DNA of 49,755 bases from Candidatus Woesebacteria bacterium. GTDB lineage: Bacteria; Patescibacteriota; Microgenomatia; UBA8517. Of this stretch, positions 9,502-18,607 are shown one piece after another; within the stretch, counting starts at the first letter, position 1; every line of letters begins with the position of its first letter. The stretch covers positions 303,226 to 352,980 of the forward strand of contig OY970314.1 in the NCBI GenBank assembly GCA_963716475.1, written 5' to 3'. The translations under genes were made by a program, and so were the position numbers. A model generated the notes under the pieces. It saw only the letters and a program-made list of their open reading frames with translations, did no database searches and was not told the origin of the DNA.

Positions 9502-10304
9502 ACAATGACCAAACCGGATTCGGGGTTGGGAAAATGAAAATATCTTTTGTTCGGATAAATAAACTCTTTGCAAAATCTGGTAACGCCGTAATGAATGTCG
9601 CCGTGCATACCCCCGTTGTCGGTATCGTGGAAAGACATAAAACCACCCTTCTTAAGCATGGGCCAAAATAATTTGTAGTCAGTTTTCACCCCTTTGTAGC
9701 TATGGTCTCCGTCAATGTAAATATATTCGTAAGACCTTTTTGACAATTTCTTAACAAAGTTCTCGGTTGTCATTACGTAGGTCTTAATATATTTCTCGGT
9801 TCTCATATATGAAAAATGTTTTTTTGGTGAAATATTTTTCCAAAATCCCTGTCCCCAATTGTGCCGATTAACATCTTCAGGATTATTTATGTCATATCCC
9901 GCGTCAACAAAATCTACACTCCCCATATTATTTTCTTTACAGGCTAATGCACACATAAAAGGAATAAAGCCATACATAGATCCTACACAAAGAATCCTCC
10001 TGGGTTTTATATTTCTGACAAATGAATAATGAATAAGGCCATAACCAAACCCCCCTGTATTGTTGTTTAGATTTTGCGATTTTAAATTACCCATCCGGTA
10101 ACTCGCCCCGTAATGATACTCAACCCGTTTATAAAAATATTTCCTAAACACTTCGTATATAGGTAAAATAACCAAATTATCAAAACGGGATGCAACCCCT
10201 TCAATTTTCGGAACAATTTCCAATTTCTTAATAAATGTCTTTATCCCTAAATTTAGATGAATATTTTCGTATATGTTTACACTTGTATTAGTCATTTTTA
10301 TCAT
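9489..10304 (-). CDS. class I SAM-dependent methyltransferase-like protein
   Basis: RILCVGSMYGF (motif I-like) and YEYIYIDGDHSYKGVKTDYKLFWPMLKKGGFMSFHD resemble the Methyltransf_24/CmcI-type signature. Confidence 0.65.
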   Translation of the reverse strand: MIKMTNTSVNIYENIHLNLGIKTFIKKLEIVPKIEGVASRFDNLVILPIYEVFRKYFYKRVEYHYGASYRMGNLKSQNLNNNTGGFGYGLIHYSFVRNIKPRRILCVGSMYGFIPFMCALACKENNMGSVDFVDAGYDINNPEDVNRHNWGQGFWKNISPKKHFSYMRTEKYIKTYVMTTENFVKKLSKRSYEYIYIDGDHSYKGVKTDYKLFWPMLKKGGFMSFHDTDNGGMHGDIHYGVTRFCKEFIYPNKRYFHFPNPESGLVIVQKK

Positions 10305-10373
10305 ATATATTTCATTATTATTAAAATACTCCAGATCGACATTTAGAATGGGACAACATCATTGCTAATTTTT

Positions 10374-11723
10374 ATGAAACAAATTCACGACATAAATTAC
10401 ATCAATAAAAAACAATTAGCAACCTTAAATAGCTACTTAAGGGAAATAGTTCGGCTAAATTCATTTTACCAAAAAAAATATTCACATACTCTCCAAAAAA
10501 TTGTAAAGGGATATTTCACAAGTCAGGACTTTTTTTCATTACCCTTTGTAGAAAAAGATGAACTTATTTTGGATCAGAAAAATAATCCGATTTACGGTAC
10601 CAATCTTACTTACCCTCAAGAAAAATACTTTTTTGTTAAGTCGACATCCGGTTCATCCGGAAAACCGATCTTAAAAATCCCCTCCACCCTAGAGGATGTT
10701 GAGATAAGGGCAAAAGTCTTTGGGGACGGATATAGAAAATTAATGAAAATAAAACATGGAGACAGAATGCTAAATTATATGATTCCCAATACTTCATTCT
10801 ATCAATTAAAAACACTAAACCATATAGGTTATAAGGTTTTTTCTATAGAGGACAATGTAGACCCTCAGGAAATAATTGACAGAATTTACTTTCACCAAAT
10901 TGAATCTATGGAAACAACCAGCACAAAAGTATTTTCTCTTATGAAATACGCTAGAGACAATCATATAGATCCAAAATCTCTTCCGCTAAAGAAAATTATT
11001 CTTATAGGTGAAGGATATCTCAGTAACTTGACTGCCAGAAAATTGGTAAAAAAATATTTAAATGCGGTTTGTTTTGAGGGTGTCGGATCTACAGAGTGCG
11101 GAAGCTTTGGCAAGGAATGTATAGCACATAATGGGAGCCACTTTATCAATAACAGTTCCATATACGAGGTTATTAATCCTGATACTTTAGAGCACGATAC
11201 AAAAGGCGAGTTGGTTATTACCACTTTATGGTGTAGCGGATATCCCCTAATCAGATACCGAACTGGTGATTATGTCGAAATTAATAGCTTACCCTGCTCC
11301 TGCGGTTATCCATCTTCAAGAATTAGACTTGGCAGCGTTAGGAGAATCCACGATCATTTTTCTGTCAATGGTCAAAGTTTTTCTTCCATTCAATTCGATG
11401 AAATTATGAGAAAATTTGTAGGGGTAAATAATTACTTTGTTAAAATACTTAACAACCGAATAATTATTAAGATTGAAAAAGATAAGATTACCGAACAAAA
11501 AGTTGAAAGAATAACCCGTTTCCTAATGAAGAAATTTAAGTGCGCGATAAATATTAAATTAATTGGAAATGCCGATCAAGTTGTTGCAAAAGCTTGGAAA
11601 TTTAATAGGATTTTCGATGCGAGAACCGGTCCGCAGCCTAACATATTTATTAAAGCTATATCAAAAATCAGTCGTACTCTACAAGAAAATCTAATTAAAA
11701 ATACTCCTTTAGATCCGTGGTAA
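10374..11723 (+). CDS. adenylate-forming ligase of the PaaK/CapK/F390-synthetase type
   Basis: KSTSGSSGKP (AMP-binding P-loop-like motif), IGEGY, and IRYRTGDYVEI (YRTGD motif). The size and overall architecture fit PaaK-like enzymes. The ORF track starts at TTG 10362; the first ATG is at 10374. Confidence 0.8.
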   Translation: MKQIHDINYINKKQLATLNSYLREIVRLNSFYQKKYSHTLQKIVKGYFTSQDFFSLPFVEKDELILDQKNNPIYGTNLTYPQEKYFFVKSTSGSSGKPILKIPSTLEDVEIRAKVFGDGYRKLMKIKHGDRMLNYMIPNTSFYQLKTLNHIGYKVFSIEDNVDPQEIIDRIYFHQIESMETTSTKVFSLMKYARDNHIDPKSLPLKKIILIGEGYLSNLTARKLVKKYLNAVCFEGVGSTECGSFGKECIAHNGSHFINNSSIYEVINPDTLEHDTKGELVITTLWCSGYPLIRYRTGDYVEINSLPCSCGYPSSRIRLGSVRRIHDHFSVNGQSFSSIQFDEIMRKFVGVNNYFVKILNNRIIIKIEKDKITEQKVERITRFLMKKFKCAINIKLIGNADQVVAKAWKFNRIFDARTGPQPNIFIKAISKISRTLQENLIKNTPLDPW

Positions 11724-11776
11724 AATGCTACTTCCCCATACTAAATAATACTTTTAAGTTTTACCATTTCTTATAA

Positions 11777-13618
11777 TTACCAGTTCCTATAAGAATTTAT
11801 GTGATATTGAAACTGAAATATTTGATCAAGCAAAAAAGTATAGTCTACTTTATTTTTTAGATGATCAGAATATATTTGCTTAACATATTCAGTATTAATA
11901 TATTCATTGGCATTAAATAAGTATTTTTCAAACATACCCCTGAGCTCCCTTTTTATCCAACTCCCGTAAGGATATTCAACAATTTGGTTACTTTTTCTGA
12001 ATGCAATATCATTGCCTAAATATTTGGCAACAATCTTTTTTAAGATATATTTATTTCCCACACGGTTTATTTTCCATTTACCTTCTACACTGAACATAAA
12101 TTCAACAAGTTCTCTATCAGCAAGGGGAGTAATAACTTCAACTCCGGCAGCCGCGGCGGCCATGTCCCCTGCGTTTAAAAAATAATTTGTGGCTTCGTGG
12201 TGATAATCAAAATAGAGAATTTTGTTTTGGACATCGTCCTGATGAAATCTTGTTATCTTCTTTTCCGCATCGAAAAATATATTTCGATATTGGTCGACAG
12301 AATCAATTGTAAGGATGTTATGTAGATCTTTTGATATAGCACTGGTTCTAAAGAATAAAAACTGAGAAGCATAGTCCCCCAGGATGGGAGTTCTTAATAA
12401 GTCGTAAAAACTGTCGTGTTTACTGGAATATTTTGTTATAAGACCATACAACTTGCTCCATTTTTTTAGGGGTTCTAATTGGCCATATGTCGGCGAATCG
12501 GAACAATTGAATAGCATTTCTGCTCCGTTACCATTGAAAGCGTATGGTGTTTTAATTCCTATGTTTTTGGCAAGATAATAATATGGAAGTATTCCGGTGT
12601 TACACATTGGTTCATTCGAATATCTCATCATCTCGTCAAAATTATCCATAATATTATTTTTATTTAAGTACAAAAAGTTATTTATAATTCCCAACATCTT
12701 GGCTGTTTTTGCAGCGTAAGCCACATCTCTAACATCTTTCATACCAGTATATCTCATAGTATAACTTACAATTTGTGGAAAGATGCGAGCTAAATAAATA
12801 GCAACGGTGGTGCTGTCCAGGCCTCCCAACATCACCGCGGGTATAAAAGAACCAATTGCCTTACTGTATTTTCTTACTGAATTATCCAGAAGATGTTCCG
12901 TCTCTCTGATGATTTCTAATTCGTTCAGCTTGGTATTAAGTTCGATTTTATTCATGTCCCAATAGCAAATATGTCTTTTAATTTTCCACCTTTTAATATC
13001 GAAGGAGAACATATTTGCTATGTCCAGTTTCTTTATTTGTTTAAAAAGTGTAGCGGGTGGAGGTATAAATAAAAAGCAAAAATATTTGAGAACAGATTGC
13101 TCATCAATAGTTATACGCCCAATTTTATTCAAGAAGTGAACAATCGGTTTTATTTCGGATGAAAAAATGAAATAGTTTTGATCTAAATAATAATAAAGGG
13201 ATTTACTGCCAAAACTATCCCGGATTAAAATAACCTCTTCACTATATTTATCGTATATGGCGCACGAATACTTTCCTTCAATAATATCAACAAGCCGTTC
13301 TTTAACATGCGTATATACATTTGAAATCATTTCGGAGCACGAGTACACAGCTGAAGATAACGAATATTTTTTGTTTACCGATTTCGAAATAAAGATAATT
13401 CCATTCGAAATTGTGCAAACATTAGCCCTACTTTTAGTTATTGACTTTCCACCCCTTTCATTAAAATGACTTTCAGCAAGAATTATATGATAATTTTTTT
13501 CGTAGTATTCACATAAAGAATAATTTTCCGGAATGTTTTTTCGTATCTTTACCACGGACTCCTCAAATAGATTTTTATCTATTCTTTGCTTTGAAATGCA
13601 ACCCAAAAATCCGCTCAT
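11777..13618 (-). CDS. asparagine synthase (AsnB)-family amidotransferase, N-terminal nucleophile Cys replaced by Ser
   Basis: The N-terminal GATase-2-like region reads NGIIF...SCSEM...IEGKYSCAIYD...IRDSFGSKSLYYY...FSSEIKPI. The synthetase domain has the PP-loop MLGGLDSTTVA. The protein begins MSGFLG instead of MCG. Confidence 0.85.
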   Translation of the reverse strand: MSGFLGCISKQRIDKNLFEESVVKIRKNIPENYSLCEYYEKNYHIILAESHFNERGGKSITKSRANVCTISNGIIFISKSVNKKYSLSSAVYSCSEMISNVYTHVKERLVDIIEGKYSCAIYDKYSEEVILIRDSFGSKSLYYYLDQNYFIFSSEIKPIVHFLNKIGRITIDEQSVLKYFCFLFIPPPATLFKQIKKLDIANMFSFDIKRWKIKRHICYWDMNKIELNTKLNELEIIRETEHLLDNSVRKYSKAIGSFIPAVMLGGLDSTTVAIYLARIFPQIVSYTMRYTGMKDVRDVAYAAKTAKMLGIINNFLYLNKNNIMDNFDEMMRYSNEPMCNTGILPYYYLAKNIGIKTPYAFNGNGAEMLFNCSDSPTYGQLEPLKKWSKLYGLITKYSSKHDSFYDLLRTPILGDYASQFLFFRTSAISKDLHNILTIDSVDQYRNIFFDAEKKITRFHQDDVQNKILYFDYHHEATNYFLNAGDMAAAAAGVEVITPLADRELVEFMFSVEGKWKINRVGNKYILKKIVAKYLGNDIAFRKSNQIVEYPYGSWIKRELRGMFEKYLFNANEYINTEYVKQIYSDHLKNKVDYTFLLDQIFQFQYHINSYRNW

Positions 13619-13651
13619 ACGATTAAATTTTAGTTGTTTATAACCGAATAC

Positions 13652-14416
13652 CTAATAGACATTATAATAGTGGCCAATTTTTATGAACAGTTTTTCTATA
13701 AGCACTACTGAATAAAAGAATAATAATGTTGATACAGTGGCAAAAAATATGGCAGAAAACATTACATCCGTACGTAACCTATATGAAGCTGTCAGAATCA
13801 AAAATCCCAAACCCTCACGAGATCCCACAAACTCTCCAATAATTGCTCCGACAACCGCCAGGGTTGCTGAGATTTTTAGAGCGGCAAATATAAATGGATA
13901 TGAGAACGGTAATCTGAGTTTAGTAAACACTGTCCAATTTGAAGCTGAATAAACTTTAAAAAGGTCTAAATATTCTGTATTTATATCTTGAAATCCTTTT
14001 AGGGTGTTAACTAAAATTGGGAAAAAGCACAACAGAGTTACAACCACCACCTTTGACAATAACCCCGTCCCAAACCAGAGGATTATAAGTGGTGACAGAG
14101 CTATAATAGGAACTGCTTGTAAAGCTATAAAAACTGGATAAATACCCAATCTTAAGGTTTTGGAAAAAATAAAAATTACAGCGACGTTAAAGCTTAAAAT
14201 ACCGGCACAAACAAATCCGAGCAAGGCCTCACCAAGAGTGATACCAGAATATAAAATTAGCATATTAATATTTTTTAATATATAAACGAGGACATTGCTT
14301 GGGGTCGGGATTAAATAAGGAGGGAATTTCAAGACATAGACCAATGCTAACCAAATAGTTATGAGAATAAGGACGGTTAAAATAGGATAATAAATACTTC
14401 TATTTTTGTCGTTCAT
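13652..14416 (-). CDS. ABC transporter permease (NitT/TauT, BPD_transp_1 type)
   Basis: 254 aa with 6 predicted TM helices. The EAA-like loop sits around FKVYSASNWTVFTKLRLPFSYPFIFAALK. Its start overlaps the ATPase gene. Confidence 0.85.
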   Translation of the reverse strand: MNDKNRSIYYPILTVLILITIWLALVYVLKFPPYLIPTPSNVLVYILKNINMLILYSGITLGEALLGFVCAGILSFNVAVIFIFSKTLRLGIYPVFIALQAVPIIALSPLIILWFGTGLLSKVVVVTLLCFFPILVNTLKGFQDINTEYLDLFKVYSASNWTVFTKLRLPFSYPFIFAALKISATLAVVGAIIGEFVGSREGLGFLILTASYRLRTDVMFSAIFFATVSTLLFFYSVVLIEKLFIKIGHYYNVY

Positions 14417-15186
14417 TAGATGTAACTCCTTACATGTTTAAGTAATTTATTATAAGAACTCGAATAATACATAGCTTTTACTCTCGGACGTGGTAAATTA
14501 ATAGAAATTTTCGCCATATTACTCTTGTTTTTGGGAGACAGAACTAGTATTTTGTCTGATAAGAAAACCGCTTCAGGAATGGAATGGGTAACATAGATAA
14601 TGCTTGAAATTGAAGTATTTTTTGATTTCCATATTCGAAGAAGTTCCAAAGAAAGAGTAAATCTTGTAATTTCATCTAGGGCACTGAAAGGTTCATCCAT
14701 CAATAGAACCTTAGGTTCGACTATGAGGGCTCGAGCGATACTCAGGCGTTGCTGCATTCCACCACTTAACTCATGCGGATACGATTTTTCGAAGCCTTTT
14801 AACCCAACCAAATGAATTAGTCCAATAATTTTTTCAGAAATAATCTTTCTACCCAAAAGTTCTAAGGGAAGTTTTACGTTATCATACGCAGTGCGCCAAG
14901 GAAGAAGAGTTGGTTTTTGAAATACATACCCAATAAGTCCAGCCGAAACTTTCAAAATTGGATTATATTCAATCCTACCCCTATCTGGCGGTGTTAAACC
15001 AATTATCATCTTCAGAAGAGTTGTTTTACCAATTCCGCTTTTCCCTACTAAAGAAATAAATTCATCCTTTTTCAAACTGAATGTAATATTATTTAAAACT
15101 TTATGATCGGAAAAACTTTTGGATAAACTCTCTACTTTAAAAAAAGTATCTTTACTAAGACTAAAGGAGTTAATCATCAATCTCAA
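14416..15186 (-). CDS. ABC transporter ATP-binding protein (NitT/TauT family)
   Basis: Walker A is GKSGIGKTT, the signature is LSGGMQQR and Walker B is [11 protein letters not shown]. It overlaps the upstream SBP gene by 4 nt. Confidence 0.9.
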   Translation of the reverse strand: MRLMINSFSLSKDTFFKVESLSKSFSDHKVLNNITFSLKKDEFISLVGKSGIGKTTLLKMIIGLTPPDRGRIEYNPILKVSAGLIGYVFQKPTLLPWRTAYDNVKLPLELLGRKIISEKIIGLIHLVGLKGFEKSYPHELSGGMQQRLSIARALIVEPKVLLMDEPFSALDEITRFTLSLELLRIWKSKNTSISSIIYVTHSIPEAVFLSDKILVLSPKNKSNMAKISINLPRPRVKAMYYSSSYNKLLKHVRSYI

Positions 15187-16205
15187 TTGTTGAAAAGCTT
15201 TGAATATACTCCAAAGATTTTGGATATATCTGGAGGATTTGTGATTATACCATTTTTAACCAGAGTATCTTCGGTTTCTTGCCAACCCGCTTCGTCCATA
15301 TACCCAATCGGTTTGTCGTCTGGTTTAAGTAATTCCAAACTAGCTTTCATCATTCTCGTTTCGTGATCGGGTAGGAGATTTTTATCGTATAAAAGAGTGT
15401 CGGCCACTGCTTCATCCACATGGTCATAGGCATAATTCCAGCCTTTAAGGTAGGCTTCTGTAAATCTTTTAACCAAGTCAGGTTTTTCCTCAATCATTTT
15501 TTCTGTAGTGAAAAGCCCCTCCGAATAAGCTTTTATTCCGTAATCAGAAGGCCATATAATATTGACGGAAGCACCGTTTTCCTCAGCGACTATAGGTTCA
15601 TTTATTGAAATACCGGGGAAAACATCCACCTTCCCAGTAAGTAGAGGTGTTATGTCATATTCTACCGGAATTAATGTCATCTGACTATCCTTTATACCTT
15701 GACTTTTTAGCATTGCTTCGAATAGAGGCATGTTCTCGTTTTTTGTCCCAATTCTTTTACCAATAAAATCCTTTACATTGGTAATCCCCGACTTCTTTAA
15801 CGAAAAAAATATGTTTGGATTTTTACGATAATCAATTGCTAAAGGAATAATTGGAACCCCTTGCTCTCTTGCTAAAAGAATTTGGTCTGCTTCAGCTATT
15901 CCAAACTCCTCTTTACCGCCAGCAACCATTTGTATAGCAGGAAAATCCAATCCACCCGGATTGATAGATACATCAAGACCAGCATCTTTAAAAAACCCTT
16001 TTTGATCCGCAACATATACTCCTGCAAACTCTGCTTGGTGAACCCACGACAACCTTATGTTCACTTTATCAAGGCTTTGATTATTTGTAGAACTTGGTTT
16101 TGATTTTATATAAGCAAAACCATCCTTCTTAATTACAAAAAAAATAACAAGAATCACTATAGACAATAATACCGCACCGAATATTACTAACTTTTTATTT
16201 TTCAT
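15183..16205 (-). CDS. ABC transporter substrate-binding protein (NMT1/THI5-like)
   Basis: Signal/anchor N-terminus, then [30 protein letters not shown], typical of NMT1/SsuA/ThiY-like binding proteins. Confidence 0.8.
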   Translation of the reverse strand: MKNKKLVIFGAVLLSIVILVIFFVIKKDGFAYIKSKPSSTNNQSLDKVNIRLSWVHQAEFAGVYVADQKGFFKDAGLDVSINPGGLDFPAIQMVAGGKEEFGIAEADQILLAREQGVPIIPLAIDYRKNPNIFFSLKKSGITNVKDFIGKRIGTKNENMPLFEAMLKSQGIKDSQMTLIPVEYDITPLLTGKVDVFPGISINEPIVAEENGASVNIIWPSDYGIKAYSEGLFTTEKMIEEKPDLVKRFTEAYLKGWNYAYDHVDEAVADTLLYDKNLLPDHETRMMKASLELLKPDDKPIGYMDEAGWQETEDTLVKNGIITNPPDISKIFGVYSKLFNN

Positions 16206-16301
16206 AATTCCTTCTTCATCTATTCATGGTTTACCAAGACATTAACCATAATATACTCTTGATATAAAATCAAGGATTAAAATAATACTATTAATGGATA
16301 G

Positions 16302-17066
16302 TTATCTCTTATAAGGTGGGAGAAACATACTTACCCATAAGTTGTTAATATTTTCTACCTTTTTTCTTAATAAAATTGGTGATATATGGGAAATTTTACC
16401 TTTATTTATTATAAAAGTCTTTTGAGAGAATTTTAATACATAAGCAGGGATTTGGGAGCATACAATAGTTGTAATGTTTTTGTTATTTTGAAGTTGATTG
16501 ATCATTTGCAGAGATTTTTTTTGAAATTCTATATCTCCGGATGCAAACACTTCATCCATGATGAAAATATCACATCGGCTGGCCATGGCAACAGCAAAAG
16601 CTAAACGAAATTTCATTCCATTTGAATATGTATAAAAAGGAGCATTTATAAATGGAGCAATACCTGAAATATCGACAATTCTATTAAGACTTTGTGAAAT
16701 TTCTTTTTTTGTCAAACCCAACAATGTTCCGTTTAGAAATATGTTTTCATAACCGGTTAGATCTGGGTGAAATCCGGCTTCCAAATCAATGAGCGATGCA
16801 ACCTTCCCATTTGTTATGGCCTTACCGGTAGTGGGTGTACTTATACCGGTGATAATTTTTAAAAGGGTGGTTTTTCCAGAACCGTTTGGTCCAACAATTC
16901 CTATTCGTTCACCTTTCTTAATTGTTAAATTTATATCATCAAGAGCAAAAAACTTTCCATTTATTTCCTTTGTAGTCTTTTTTAAGAGCGGTGATTTTTC
17001 TCGATGTATTGTGTAGCATTTGGAAATATTAATAAGTTGTATGGCTATATTATTGTTCATATCCAA
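16302..17066 (-). CDS. polysaccharide/teichoic-acid-type ABC exporter ATP-binding protein (Wzt/TagH-like, short form)
   Basis: GPNGSGKTTLLKII, LEAGFHPDLTGYENIFLNG, YSNGMKFRLAFAVA and IFIMDEVFASGD all match the Wzt/TagH pattern. No C-terminal carbohydrate-binding extension. Confidence 0.85.
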   Translation of the reverse strand: MDMNNNIAIQLINISKCYTIHREKSPLLKKTTKEINGKFFALDDINLTIKKGERIGIVGPNGSGKTTLLKIITGISTPTTGKAITNGKVASLIDLEAGFHPDLTGYENIFLNGTLLGLTKKEISQSLNRIVDISGIAPFINAPFYTYSNGMKFRLAFAVAMASRCDIFIMDEVFASGDIEFQKKSLQMINQLQNNKNITTIVCSQIPAYVLKFSQKTFIINKGKISHISPILLRKKVENINNLWVSMFLPPYKR

Positions 17067-17824
17067 TCATCAAAGTACCTGCCCTCTTTCTTAAATGTAA
17101 TAATTCCTAAAATCAAAATTGATATTATTATTGTTGTATTTACAGATACCATAGCTATTCCGGGAAGGGGCATTCCCAATAATCCATGCTGCATAAATTG
17201 TAATATTGAGGTCATGGGATTGAAGCGCCAGAGCCAGTAATAATGGTAAGGTATCATGGAGAGAGTGTACACAATAGGATTCAAATAAAACCAGATAATT
17301 ACTGCAGCTTGAACGAGAAAGTTTACATCACGATAATGGACGTTTAGAGCCGACGTTAGGAGACTAATACCGATCGTAAAAAATAAAAGAAGAATAAAAG
17401 CTACAACTATGTAAAAAATACCAACCACGGTTATCGTGCCCAGAAAAGCAATGGGCAGTGTGACTATCGCCATAGCAATAGTCATGTGAATAAAATTTGA
17501 GAGTACTATCGATATAGGAATAACAGATTTTGGAAAGTTAGCCTTTTTGATTAAATTTCTTTCCCAAACAATTGAGGGTGTTGCTTTCGTCAGAGATAGC
17601 GAGAAAAAGTCCCAGATTAAAAGCCCCACGAAAAGATAGTAATAATAATTTTCAATTGGTTGTTTAATAAAGAATTTAAATACAAAACCTATTACCAGCA
17701 TTTGGATTATTGGGTTTACAACAACCCACAAAAAACCAAAAATAGTATTTTTGTATTTTGCCCGTAGCTCTTTTTGTGTCATCTCGATCAAGAGTTCGAT
17801 AAAGTGATGGGTAATAATTTTCAT
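17057..17824 (-). CDS. ABC-2 type exporter permease (Wzm/TagG-like)
   Basis: LRAKYKNTIFGFLWVVVNPI is the typical ABC-2 N-terminal motif. It has 6 TM helices and overlaps the ATPase gene by 10 nt. Confidence 0.85.
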   Translation of the reverse strand: MKIITHHFIELLIEMTQKELRAKYKNTIFGFLWVVVNPIIQMLVIGFVFKFFIKQPIENYYYYLFVGLLIWDFFSLSLTKATPSIVWERNLIKKANFPKSVIPISIVLSNFIHMTIAMAIVTLPIAFLGTITVVGIFYIVVAFILLLFFTIGISLLTSALNVHYRDVNFLVQAAVIIWFYLNPIVYTLSMIPYHYYWLWRFNPMTSILQFMQHGLLGMPLPGIAMVSVNTTIIISILILGIITFKKEGRYFDDWI

Positions 17825-17895
17825 ATTATGATGCTATCATACAGCATGGTCGCAGAAAGGAAAACGTCATAATAGGGAATATATTTTAAGAGTGT

Positions 17896-18507
17896 ATGAA
17901 GGAAACAAAAATAAACATATATCACATTTCATTAATAAAGAGGTTATTCGATATCGTCTTTTCATTAATTGGCTTGGTAGTATTTGCTCCGATTATCTGT
18001 TTATTAACAATGTTAATTTTCGTTTCAAGCGGAGCTCCCGTATATTTTATCCAAAAACGCATTGGTATGAACAGAAACGTATTCAAAATAATTAAATTCA
18101 GAACCATGCAGAGAAATGCAAATGAAAATCAATATAAATACCGAGGATTAAATGAGGCAGACGGTCCTGTGTTTAAGATATACAATGATCCGAGATTCAC
18201 AACAATCGGGAAAATATTATCCAGATTTGGGCTGGACGAACTTCCTCAGCTTGTCAATGTTATAAAGGGAGACATGAGTTTGGTAGGCCCCCGGCCACTG
18301 CCGGTTAATGAAGCCAATAGGCTTACAAAAAGTCAAAAGGTCAGGGAACTAGTTAAACCCGGAATTACAAGTTCATGGGTTATCGAAGGTTCGCACAAAT
18401 TAAGTTTTAAAGAATGGATGGATCTCGATAGAAAGTATGTAGAAAATGCTTCGTTTGGGAAAGACATTAAAATCATTATAAAAACATTGATTATGCTTCT
18501 AACATAA
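17896..18507 (+). CDS. small monotopic sugar-phosphate transferase (Bac_transf / WbaP-C-like priming enzyme)
   Basis: KRLFDIVFSLIGLVVFAPI...PVYFIQKRIGMN...FKIIKFRTM...DGPVFKIYNDPRFT.IG..LSRFGLDELPQLVNVIKGDMSLVGPRP is a full match to the family signature. Confidence 0.9.
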   Translation: MKETKINIYHISLIKRLFDIVFSLIGLVVFAPIICLLTMLIFVSSGAPVYFIQKRIGMNRNVFKIIKFRTMQRNANENQYKYRGLNEADGPVFKIYNDPRFTTIGKILSRFGLDELPQLVNVIKGDMSLVGPRPLPVNEANRLTKSQKVRELVKPGITSSWVIEGSHKLSFKEWMDLDRKYVENASFGKDIKIIIKTLIMLLT

Positions 18508-18607
18508 TCTCTGTAATTACCGGCCGACATCAACATCGGTTCTTTTACCTTATATAACCTCCTTGACGTTTAGGGTGTTTTTATAGTTAAATGTGATATA
18601 CACTGCC

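Noticed and set aside
16206-16301. Possible TPP riboswitch upstream of the NMT1/THI5-like binding protein (ThiXYZ-type HMP importers are often TPP-regulated)
   Set aside because: The leader is only 96 nt. I see none of the conserved TPP elements, neither a CUGAGA box nor an ACCUGAUCUGGAUAAUGCCAGCG-like segment.
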